Source of the DNA: Candidatus Thorarchaeota archaeon
Lineage (GTDB): Archaea > Asgardarchaeota > Thorarchaeia > Thorarchaeales > Thorarchaeaceae
Assembly: GCA_003345545.1 (NCBI GenBank)
Contig: PRDH01000044.1
Coordinates: 96,001-160,000 of the forward strand
Length of the DNA stretch: 64,000 nt
Direction: 5' to 3'
A program made the translations under genes and the position numbers. The notes beneath the pieces were generated by a model that searched no databases, was not told the origin of the DNA, and saw only the letters and a list, made by a program, of their open reading frames with translations. Within the stretch, counting starts at the first letter, position 1, and each line of letters opens with the position of its first letter. Below, in pieces: positions 56,126 to 64,000 of this stretch.

Positions 56126-57913
56126 ATGGGTGACAATGATAAGAAGAATGTGATTATTGACCTCGAAGAGTCCGAAAAAGCTCAACTTGGTAGACTTAGC
56201 GAACTCGAGAACGTTGAAACCTCAGGAGTTCTGAGCGTCATCAATACGTCAAAGAGGTGCCGTATTTGGAATGTGAAGGTACACCTTGGCAACTCTCGTG
56301 GTAACACTGATATCGGCAAAGAACCACTCGCAGCAGGAGAAATTGATATTGGTGGAAAATGGGAGAAGCGATACAAGGTAACAACGCGTGCACCAATGGT
56401 GACTCTCTCAGAGATTTATGATACCTGCGGAGACCTTGAGACTGAAGGACCTCACTGGGCATATGTCAGCGGCAAAGATAACCAGGTGAAAATCAAGATA
56501 TCCATCAAGAATGAAACCGATGGAGAAATCGATAACATTATTCTCAACAAGACTATTCCACCGGAATTATCAGATATTGAAATCCTCTCAGCAAAGTCAG
56601 GTAAGGCAGAGTACGATGAAGGCACCAAACAGATTGTCTGGAAGGACTTTGTCATCTACCCACACGAAGACACAACCCTTGTCATCAAAGCGACAGGAAG
56701 AGTGGAGAGTACTGATTTAAGGAGTGGAGGCGAAATCGTCCTTACCTACAGGGGAGAAGGACAGCAGAGATCAGTCTTAGATCCCGCTCTCACAGCGCTC
56801 ACTGAGTTTCTGATGGGAATTGAAACTGCTGAAACAAAACCGAATCAGTGGGAGTGCACGCTCGAATGCTCTAACGAGAGCGACCTGATAGTGCGACTTG
56901 ACAAGGCTGTAGTCTTCGTGACACCTGAAGGCGGTGGCGAAAAGAAGAAGATGCTCAATGCATCACCCTCCGTAGAGATGGCACCAAATCAACAATGGAA
57001 AGCCTCCTTCAAGGTGGCGAGCCAGAATACTCCAAAATGCAAACAGGACCTCCTCTACACGCCCGTCAGTGTTGTTACCAAGAGAGTGCTTGGCACAATT
57101 GAGAAGTCGCCTCAGATGGTGTCGGTGTGTAAGATTGATTGCACAAAGACATTCGACCCGCCTTCTGTGAGCAGCTTCGACAAGACCCCGGTTGAAGTCA
57201 CTATCGAGATGACCAATACTGGAACAGCTCGATTCAATGAGATTGTCATCACGGATAACCTCCCAGACGACGTCATGCCTCCTACGAGTGAGCATGTTAC
57301 GGTTTGGATCAAGGGAAAGAAGTACACCGGGCCATATGAATTCATCATTGATCCCAAGAACCAAGACCCCGAAAAGCAACACAAAATCACATTCAAGGTC
57401 GAAGGTCTGAAGGACTCCGTAGGTGAACTAGAGCCTGGTGAGAGTGTCAAGATCAACTATGCAGTGATGGCATGGAGAAACAGACCTGAGAAGGAATATC
57501 CCTCACCGATTACCTGTGGCGCAAACACATACCCTGCTGGAATTCAGACCGAGATCAGCAGTCCCAAGGATGGCTACAAGCTTGGTGTCATCTACAAGAA
57601 ACGTGCAATCTCGACGAAGAAGGCTATCAACAAGGGTTCGAGCGCAGGGCAATATGTCGTGGTACTCGTTGTGTCAAACAATGGAGAAGTGACAGCAGAG
57701 AATATCCAGATGACTGATTGGATACCTGCCGCATTCGAGTATGTTTCTACTGAACCTGAGGATGATCAGCCCGTTCTGGCAAAGGTGTCTGATGGGACCA
57801 ACATGGTCTGGAACTGGGCACGCATGAATCCTGGCGACCAAAAGAAAATCAAGGTCTCTGTGCAGGGTGAGGGCGAGTATGAGCGCCGTGAGCCTGAAGT
57901 GACTTCAATCTAG
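56126..57913 (+). CDS. Cytoplasmic multi-beta-sandwich protein (DUF11-like repeats, possibly mu-homology-like)
   Basis: Repeated V.I...N.G.....I.I.D.LP ... W....PG motifs; no signal peptide or TM. Confidence 0.7.
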   Translation: MGDNDKKNVIIDLEESEKAQLGRLSELENVETSGVLSVINTSKRCRIWNVKVHLGNSRGNTDIGKEPLAAGEIDIGGKWEKRYKVTTRAPMVTLSEIYDTCGDLETEGPHWAYVSGKDNQVKIKISIKNETDGEIDNIILNKTIPPELSDIEILSAKSGKAEYDEGTKQIVWKDFVIYPHEDTTLVIKATGRVESTDLRSGGEIVLTYRGEGQQRSVLDPALTALTEFLMGIETAETKPNQWECTLECSNESDLIVRLDKAVVFVTPEGGGEKKKMLNASPSVEMAPNQQWKASFKVASQNTPKCKQDLLYTPVSVVTKRVLGTIEKSPQMVSVCKIDCTKTFDPPSVSSFDKTPVEVTIEMTNTGTARFNEIVITDNLPDDVMPPTSEHVTVWIKGKKYTGPYEFIIDPKNQDPEKQHKITFKVEGLKDSVGELEPGESVKINYAVMAWRNRPEKEYPSPITCGANTYPAGIQTEISSPKDGYKLGVIYKKRAISTKKAINKGSSAGQYVVVLVVSNNGEVTAENIQMTDWIPAAFEYVSTEPEDDQPVLAKVSDGTNMVWNWARMNPGDQKKIKVSVQGEGEYERREPEVTSI

Positions 57914-57929
57914 TTTCTTCGCTATGATG

Positions 57930-57962
57930 AGTAGGCACTGGGTTTCAGCCCGGTGTCTATTC
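57930..57962. terminator. Hairpin between convergent genes
   Basis: agtaggcactggg-tttcag-cccggtgtctatt. Confidence 0.55.
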
Positions 57963-57976
57963 AGAGTCTACTCCTC

Positions 57977-58315
57977 TTACTCTCGCTCTATTTCTTCGAG
58001 CTCTTTTCTTGTTTCTGCAAGCGCAGCATCAATATCCTCTAGTGGTATGTAGTCCTCTTCTTCCTCAGGCTTGTGAGTGTCTAACCTGTACAGTACCTTG
58101 AAACCGTTCAGTGTCTTATGGATTGCATCTGCAATCTCCACGATTACAGTCCCAAGTTTTGACTCCTTGAGTTCTTCATCGGTATGTTCGTATACAAAAT
58201 CATATGCTCCCTTGACCGGTTTGAAACCCAATTGGAGCAGTTTATGCACTACTCTTGATGGTGATGCACCTTCACTATAGAACCAGACTTGGACATGTGT
58301 AACATACCTAGACAT
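57977..58315 (-). CDS. Conserved archaeal hypothetical protein
   Basis: F.SEGASPS.V...L..LGFKP..G.YDFVY...IH..L.G..V.Y.L.T motif. Confidence 0.7.
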   Translation of the reverse strand: MSRYVTHVQVWFYSEGASPSRVVHKLLQLGFKPVKGAYDFVYEHTDEELKESKLGTVIVEIADAIHKTLNGFKVLYRLDTHKPEEEEDYIPLEDIDAALAETRKELEEIERE

Positions 58316-58392
58316 GATTGACAACCTCATCTTGGCCGGATACAGGCCTCGCTCTGCACCTGACATATGACTTCTGCTATTAGTCTTTCGAC

Positions 58393-59475
58393 TCAGGTAT
58401 GAGTCTGCAGGGAGATATCCTCATGTTCAAGTACATGGAGCCATAGCAATCTGCAGTCACAGGCAAGACTCTCGAGTGACCTTACATCTTGGTCTAGAGA
58501 GAATCTACGAATTGCATCCAGAATTGGCGCGTCACACTTCCCACAGTTGTGCGCGCCTCTGCTTTTTCCTGCAGCTACTGGGTCACAGACAATATTGATT
58601 GTTCCCTCTGCAATCCTATGTGCATGACGCAAGACCTCGACCACACTCCACAACCATGGTGGTCTGAACTTCCCCTTTTCCCATAGGTCTTCAACAAGGG
58701 TGCTCCGCTGCACATTCACAGGATTCAGGGAGATTGTTGACACTCCGAGAGCCAAGGCATCGTTTATCGTGTTCTGAGCATCAAGAAGGGCTGACCTCTC
58801 AGTCAGGAATGGAGGTTTCAACAGAACATATGCGCGCGTTCCGATGCCGTATCGCTTGGCGGTGTTTACAGAGTCAGCGAATGAGCGGAAGTTGAAGTTC
58901 TTGTTGATACAGACAGACCTCACAATATCGCTACTGCTCTCCAGGCCTATACCAAGCTCTACCCGACGGTCTCCAAGGATTCTTCGAACCTCAGTAAGAA
59001 CCGAATCTGTCACATACTCCGGTCTTGACTCCAAGACTACCTCCTTGATTCGATCATCATTCGAGATAGACTCTAGCATCTGATTTCGTGTAGAAGCGGG
59101 TATCTCATCTGAGTCCAAGAAACTGCCACTCGTGTATATCTTCACAGAGAGTGGCGCAGTATGTTTATCGAGCTTACTCATTGCTGATTGAAACTGAAGG
59201 AGAAACTCTTCCTCTGTCGGATTCTTGTCTGTGCCATCCAAGAGGTAGCTGCACATGGTGCACCCACCCTCGCTGCTTCGTGCATGGGCACATCCAATGG
59301 AGGAAAGCACAATCGAGAGAGCAGTCCCTTGGATTGAACCTATCCGACTAGGTGAAGTCCATGCAGCAGAGGGCCTAGTGAGGCTCTTCGACGGCCTCTC
59401 AACAATAGACTCACCGCGCGCTCGAATCGACGCCTGCTTCACAGCATTCCGAATCTGCTCAGATAGAGTGTCCAT
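58393..59475 (-). CDS. Archaeosine biosynthesis radical SAM enzyme RaSEA
   Basis: GC.......GCTMC, KIYTSGSFLD, ESRPE, YVLLKPPFLTE, RPPWLWS, HNC..CD; next to arcS. Confidence 0.92.
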   Translation of the reverse strand: MDTLSEQIRNAVKQASIRARGESIVERPSKSLTRPSAAWTSPSRIGSIQGTALSIVLSSIGCAHARSSEGGCTMCSYLLDGTDKNPTEEEFLLQFQSAMSKLDKHTAPLSVKIYTSGSFLDSDEIPASTRNQMLESISNDDRIKEVVLESRPEYVTDSVLTEVRRILGDRRVELGIGLESSSDIVRSVCINKNFNFRSFADSVNTAKRYGIGTRAYVLLKPPFLTERSALLDAQNTINDALALGVSTISLNPVNVQRSTLVEDLWEKGKFRPPWLWSVVEVLRHAHRIAEGTINIVCDPVAAGKSRGAHNCGKCDAPILDAIRRFSLDQDVRSLESLACDCRLLWLHVLEHEDISLQTHT

Positions 59476-61418
59476 TAGCCGCCCTCCTCTTTGTGTCGTA
59501 CACTCACGGCGCGACCACGCTCCAGTTCAGACATCTCTCTACCGGACATCTCACTCCGACCAACAGCGGTCACCTCATCATGACTGTTGATCACAATGAC
59601 CTCGTCTCCCGGTCGAATAGATTGGTCTGCGTCTCTAACACCGACGGCAAAGATGGATCCGCCCTTGACAGATGGAGCGTCCAGGTGAACCCAGTAGCGA
59701 TTCAGTGGTGCTAGGCGTCTTGCGCCACCAAGTGTCAATGATAACAGACCCGTATCAGCCACGTAAGAACAGACCTGCTCCTTCTGGACTTGACACAGTA
59801 TTTGCCTGTAGGGCTTTCCCATGAGCTTGGCGCCTTCAGGGACCAAGGCATCACCAGCTCCTGGGCCAAACTGAAAGTCAGCAGTCGCCCGCACAATCTC
59901 CTCCAGCTCCTGCGGGCGTGAGCTCCTGATGGGCAAGATGCTCTTCAGATCAACCAAGGTCTCTTGCAGAGACTCCCGAGACTCCCAGCTTGTAGGTGAG
60001 GCTTCCGGACTAGTATAGATTATGCTCTGAGCTATTCTGTGCTCTGCAGTCTTCACAATACCAAGATAGCCGCCTGAAACATGAGCAACCACAACAACGT
60101 CCGAATCGAACTTCTCAAGATGCGTAGCAAGGGCTTCGGCTGCTAGGTTCGTTTCCTCTGTATCCCATTCACCAGTGACAGGAATATCATAGTTTGCGGC
60201 AGGGTATATGCGCTCCAGTTCACGGGGTACTAGTCCAAGCGGTGATGTCAGGATTATCTGTGCAATCTGGGACGTTGCGCCACTCAACGACGCTTCTATG
60301 GTTTCCAGGAAGCGCTTATGAGACTTTGAGTCAGAGTATGGTTTTCGAGCAGAACAAGGCAGTAGCAGAGCTACCTTCTTGCCACTAGGCGGACGATATC
60401 GATTGGCTATGTACTCCCTGAATCTCCTGACTGCAGGAGCATTATAGGACTCAGGGCCAATAAGAGGAACAACTGGGGCTCCGCTTGAAGGGGTGAATTC
60501 CTCCACGAACGAGTAGGCCTGCCTGTCAACTCTGCGAAGAATCGATGCGTGAGCTGGACTATAGTGAGTAGTGGATTCGACGAGCCAGCGAAGACGCCCC
60601 GAATTCATGGCATCAATAGCCTCAGAGAGCACGGAGGCATACACGTTCACATTATGCTGCAGAAGGACATCCGTCACCTCAGAGGGACCGATGTCCTCAA
60701 GATGCTGACAGCTTGTGCAGGCGCAATACCTATGATGCTCGTCAGCACGAATTGTTTCAGCTCCATTGTGCCAGAGACGCTGGTGTTTTGCTGCAGCCTC
60801 TTGAGCGTGGCCTATGTCAATCAGATCAAAGCCCATGTAGTAGAGAAGTGGTATCGTGCCGGGCGCTATCCTGCCGAGCGCAACAGCCAGCCAAGATAAG
60901 GGCAGATGGCTACGTGAGAGCAGAGCATTGAGGTCCGAGTTTCCTAGCATTCCATCAAAGGTAAAGGCACCTGCTCGAACGCCTCGCGAGTGAGAGTCCT
61001 TCAGGTAAGAGGCAAGCGCTTCTGGCCCGATTTCCTCAGGGACACGTAGAATGACACGTGAAGGAGCGATATGAGAACGAATCTCATCAATTACGCTCAA
61101 CTGATGTTTCAGCATGAGAACTCCAGCATCATCTCCGAGAGCAGAGAACGCGGGCAGTGAAGGAAGAAGTAGTGAGTCTGAGTCCCCTACTTCTCCCTTG
61201 AGGGCATCTAGGGATGTTTCAAATGGCAGTGCTAGTAGGTGAGGCTCTGAAGAGTGCGACATGGCTCTTCCAATCGTCTTGTACGGTAGAAAGCGGTCAT
61301 CCGACAGGCATGCACTGGTGAGGGCAGGGGTTTCGTAGACTTGAGTTCCCATGATGTATTCTCCAATTCTAGCTGGACCATCGTGTCCGCGACCAATTCT
61401 GAACTCGGTCAACTTCAT
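59475..61418 (-). CDS. arcS: Archaeosine synthase subunit alpha
   Basis: DGPARIG, CxCxxC..HN, LLPCSARKPYS.SKSH, TSPLGLVPRELE, YDIPVTG.W, C-terminal PUA domain. Confidence 0.9.
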   Translation of the reverse strand: MKLTEFRIGRGHDGPARIGEYIMGTQVYETPALTSACLSDDRFLPYKTIGRAMSHSSEPHLLALPFETSLDALKGEVGDSDSLLLPSLPAFSALGDDAGVLMLKHQLSVIDEIRSHIAPSRVILRVPEEIGPEALASYLKDSHSRGVRAGAFTFDGMLGNSDLNALLSRSHLPLSWLAVALGRIAPGTIPLLYYMGFDLIDIGHAQEAAAKHQRLWHNGAETIRADEHHRYCACTSCQHLEDIGPSEVTDVLLQHNVNVYASVLSEAIDAMNSGRLRWLVESTTHYSPAHASILRRVDRQAYSFVEEFTPSSGAPVVPLIGPESYNAPAVRRFREYIANRYRPPSGKKVALLLPCSARKPYSDSKSHKRFLETIEASLSGATSQIAQIILTSPLGLVPRELERIYPAANYDIPVTGEWDTEETNLAAEALATHLEKFDSDVVVVAHVSGGYLGIVKTAEHRIAQSIIYTSPEASPTSWESRESLQETLVDLKSILPIRSSRPQELEEIVRATADFQFGPGAGDALVPEGAKLMGKPYRQILCQVQKEQVCSYVADTGLLSLTLGGARRLAPLNRYWVHLDAPSVKGGSIFAVGVRDADQSIRPGDEVIVINSHDEVTAVGRSEMSGREMSELERGRAVSVRHKEEGG

Positions 61419-61428
61419 TCATCTCCTG

Positions 61429-63978
61429 CTATACTAGGGGCTGGTATCCCACGTAACCCTCAGTGTCTACCTTGGTCTCTGCCCTTGACAGTATCTTCTC
61501 AACGCTCTCAAGAGCTCCTATCTTGAACAGCGGACTGTTATTGTTACCGCAATTGTATGAGTATGTGCACAGAGGACATCCATCGAGGGTGTTGCAATCG
61601 CAGCTCTCTAGTATCCTCTTTGCCCTTCTGAATGCCTCATCTAGTTTTCCAAAGAGGAGTTTTGATGCGCCATTTCCTCCTGGGCTTCCATCGTAGACAA
61701 AGATGATTCCTGAATCGCCCATTGAAACACCACCGATTTCCCGTGTGCCACCTCCTGTAAACATGTTACTAGATTCGATGAGAACGTGTTCGACAGCGTG
61801 GTAGGTGCCCCCATAGAGTTCAGCAGGTCCCATCACGGCTCTTTCAATGGACGCATACTTTCCTGCGATGTAGTCATTCACTGATTTGCTGGGCTCAGGT
61901 GCAGTAAACGCGAATCCACGTGTCTGATATGTATACAATAGGGGGGTCAGCAGATTCTGCTTGCCAATTATATGCCCACTCCTAGTCTCCTTTGTCACAT
62001 AGCCAAACACGGTCTGAGTCATCTCAAGATTGCAGTAGACAGCATCGAGGCCGAGAATCTTGGTCCTCTCGACTATGTCTAGTATCTTGGGCATGGTATA
62101 GTATAGCGGTTTTGTGTGGGTGCTCCGGTCCCCATGCAACACCACTGTAGCCCTTCCCAACCCAGTCGTGTATTTGAAGTCGACAGACAGGTAGTTCTTG
62201 CCGCCGTGAAGGTAGATTGCTCCTGGGTGCAACTCTTGAGCGGCCATAGGCATCGAACGCTCACCCAGTCCTCTCTTATCAAGACGTATCTGAACGGTGT
62301 CGCCAATCCCTCTTATATTGTAGCTACGCCATGCCTTTCTTGCCCTCTCATCATCAGCAATACGGATTGTTCCGTCCCCAAGTTGCCTGACGAGACCGTC
62401 GTCTGACAGCTTTTGAAGAACCCGATGATGTCTTGAGAACTGAGCTGCATTGAGCCTACCACTCATGGCCGCTGCAATCAATTGATAGTAGCCGACCACT
62501 TCATTCTCGGGTTCTGTGTATGCAGCATCGATATCCGTGAAGTATTTGTCAGGTTCATGCCTGTAGAAGGAGGAGATGGGATCATTTTCACGGAGTGCAA
62601 GGACAGCCACACTCTCCTGTCCTTTTCTACCCGCCCGCCCGATTCGTTGTGTCAGTCGCGTTATTGAGACAATCATGCTCACGACGCTGTTCAGGTCGCC
62701 AATGTCTATCCCCAGTTCAAGGGTAGGTGTTGAAACAATGACTGGTAGCTGCCCGGAACGGAAGCTGTCCTCAACGTTACTTCTGTGTTTCTTTGAGAGG
62801 CCGGCTCTATGAACCATTGATTTCACGCCACTCTCGCCTAGGAGCATGTTCAAGACCTCAGCCTCAGAATGCGTATTTCCGAACACGAGTGTCTTGAACT
62901 GGCCAGACTGTAGCGAGGAGACAATGTCAACAATCATGCCGTACTTGCTTCTCGTCTCAGGATAGTAGATGAGAAAGTGTACAGGACCTCTCTTGGCGTT
63001 CTTTGACTCTATGAGCCTGACCTCTGAGTCAAAGAGAACTTCAGCAAACTCCTTCGGATTGGCTACTGTAGCTGAGGCTCCAATCTTCTGGAACTTCCCA
63101 GATTCCATTTCGAGCCGCTTCATGATGAAATACACATTTGCTCCCATCGATCCGGTATACAGATGAATCTCATCGAGAACGACAAACTTCACGGTTCGAA
63201 GAAGAGGCGTCAGGCGCGACTGAGACCACCCAAGGTGATAGTGCAGGACATCGGGGTTGGTCAGCAGGATATCAGGAGGGCTGGCATAGATCTTGGTTCT
63301 GGCATCTTCAGAGATGTCACCATCAAAGAGGGACACTGTAAAACCAGATGCCTTACCAAGTTCCTTGATCTTGTCAAACTGGTCCCTCGCCAGAGCTTTT
63401 GTTGGATAGATGAGAAGTGCTCTCACTCCAGGATTCTTGAATGACTCCTGAACCGAGATGAGAATCTGCCTGATGATGGGTAAGATGAATCCTTCAGTCT
63501 TCCCCTGTGCCGTGGGCGCGACGATGACAACATCCTCACCATTGTTGATGGCATTGTAGGACTCCTCTTGGAACTTGTAGAGAGTGGCAATCCCTCTGGA
63601 GTGCAGAAGCTCCTTGAGTCGTGTGGGTACACTAAGATCATCCGTCTTGATGCCATATTCGGCATCTGTTGAGGGCATGTATTTGTACTTGACAAGATAA
63701 TCGCGACCGGACAGCACAAGTGAGCGTAGTGCCTCAGGAAGGGCATCCAGGGTGCCACCACCTTGTTCTACGATTCTCCTCACCGCCACTTCAGACTGGA
63801 CTCTCGTAGAAACGCCTTTCTTGCGGCGTTTCGTCTTGGGAGTATCGGCTCCGCTGCCCAGATACTCTCTCCTCTGCAGGTCAGATTTTGCAGTGTCATC
63901 AGAGAGTCCTTCTCGCTTGATGACCTCGGTATATGCCTCATAGGCATCAAAGAGGTCTTTCCTGCTTCCGTCTACCAT
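61429..63978 (-). CDS. DEAH-box helicase with DUF1998 (Hrq1/MrfA-like)
   Basis: APTAQGKT, YPTKALARDQ, DEIH, SAT, LELGIDIG, QRIGRAGR, HA.EH, CDC...GCPLC....C. Confidence 0.92.
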   Translation of the reverse strand: MVDGSRKDLFDAYEAYTEVIKREGLSDDTAKSDLQRREYLGSGADTPKTKRRKKGVSTRVQSEVAVRRIVEQGGGTLDALPEALRSLVLSGRDYLVKYKYMPSTDAEYGIKTDDLSVPTRLKELLHSRGIATLYKFQEESYNAINNGEDVVIVAPTAQGKTEGFILPIIRQILISVQESFKNPGVRALLIYPTKALARDQFDKIKELGKASGFTVSLFDGDISEDARTKIYASPPDILLTNPDVLHYHLGWSQSRLTPLLRTVKFVVLDEIHLYTGSMGANVYFIMKRLEMESGKFQKIGASATVANPKEFAEVLFDSEVRLIESKNAKRGPVHFLIYYPETRSKYGMIVDIVSSLQSGQFKTLVFGNTHSEAEVLNMLLGESGVKSMVHRAGLSKKHRSNVEDSFRSGQLPVIVSTPTLELGIDIGDLNSVVSMIVSITRLTQRIGRAGRKGQESVAVLALRENDPISSFYRHEPDKYFTDIDAAYTEPENEVVGYYQLIAAAMSGRLNAAQFSRHHRVLQKLSDDGLVRQLGDGTIRIADDERARKAWRSYNIRGIGDTVQIRLDKRGLGERSMPMAAQELHPGAIYLHGGKNYLSVDFKYTTGLGRATVVLHGDRSTHTKPLYYTMPKILDIVERTKILGLDAVYCNLEMTQTVFGYVTKETRSGHIIGKQNLLTPLLYTYQTRGFAFTAPEPSKSVNDYIAGKYASIERAVMGPAELYGGTYHAVEHVLIESSNMFTGGGTREIGGVSMGDSGIIFVYDGSPGGNGASKLLFGKLDEAFRRAKRILESCDCNTLDGCPLCTYSYNCGNNNSPLFKIGALESVEKILSRAETKVDTEGYVGYQPLV

Positions 63979-64000
63979 GACTTCGACGGCACAAGAGGAA

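Noticed and set aside
566-63943. Many short antisense or alternate-frame ORFs in the six-frame track
   Set aside because: They overlap well-supported genes and lack recognisable motifs; treated as shadow ORFs.
1-64000. CRISPR arrays, rRNA, transposases, integrases, long tandem repeats
   Set aside because: None recognisable by eye; no repeat-spacer periodicity and no recombinase motifs in the ORF track.

Overview
Gene-dense archaeal chromosomal segment, most likely from an Asgard archaeon (Thorarchaeia-like; inferred from gene content, not from a search). Housekeeping genes include nadE, mfnA, hypB, DGGGP synthase, tfb, argS, aspS, tldD/tldE, polB1, nurA-herA-mre11-rad50, arcS/raSEA and an Hrq1-like helicase. 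There are two tRNA genes (Leu-CAG, His-GTG), each with a 30-nt intron in the T-loop. Candidate eukaryotic-signature membrane-trafficking genes are numerous: arrestin-fold, Yip1, longin-like, IFT52/GIFT-like, a possible mu-homology-like beta-sandwich protein, and tandem PIG-M/GT87-like GT-C enzymes. The main finding is a five-gene ESCRT locus (26.6-31.8 kb) in which ESCRT-I and ESCRT-II modules appear shuffled relative to eukaryotes. One protein joins Zn fingers, a coiled coil, a GLUE/GRAM-like PH domain and a Vps23-type steadiness box. Another fuses the Vps28 N-terminal headpiece directly to Vps22/36 winged helices. These sit beside Vps25, one ESCRT-III and Vps4, and no UEV or ubiquitin gene is visible in the window. 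No CRISPR array, rRNA, integrase or transposase was seen. All family assignments come from motif recognition by eye and need profile or structure searches.
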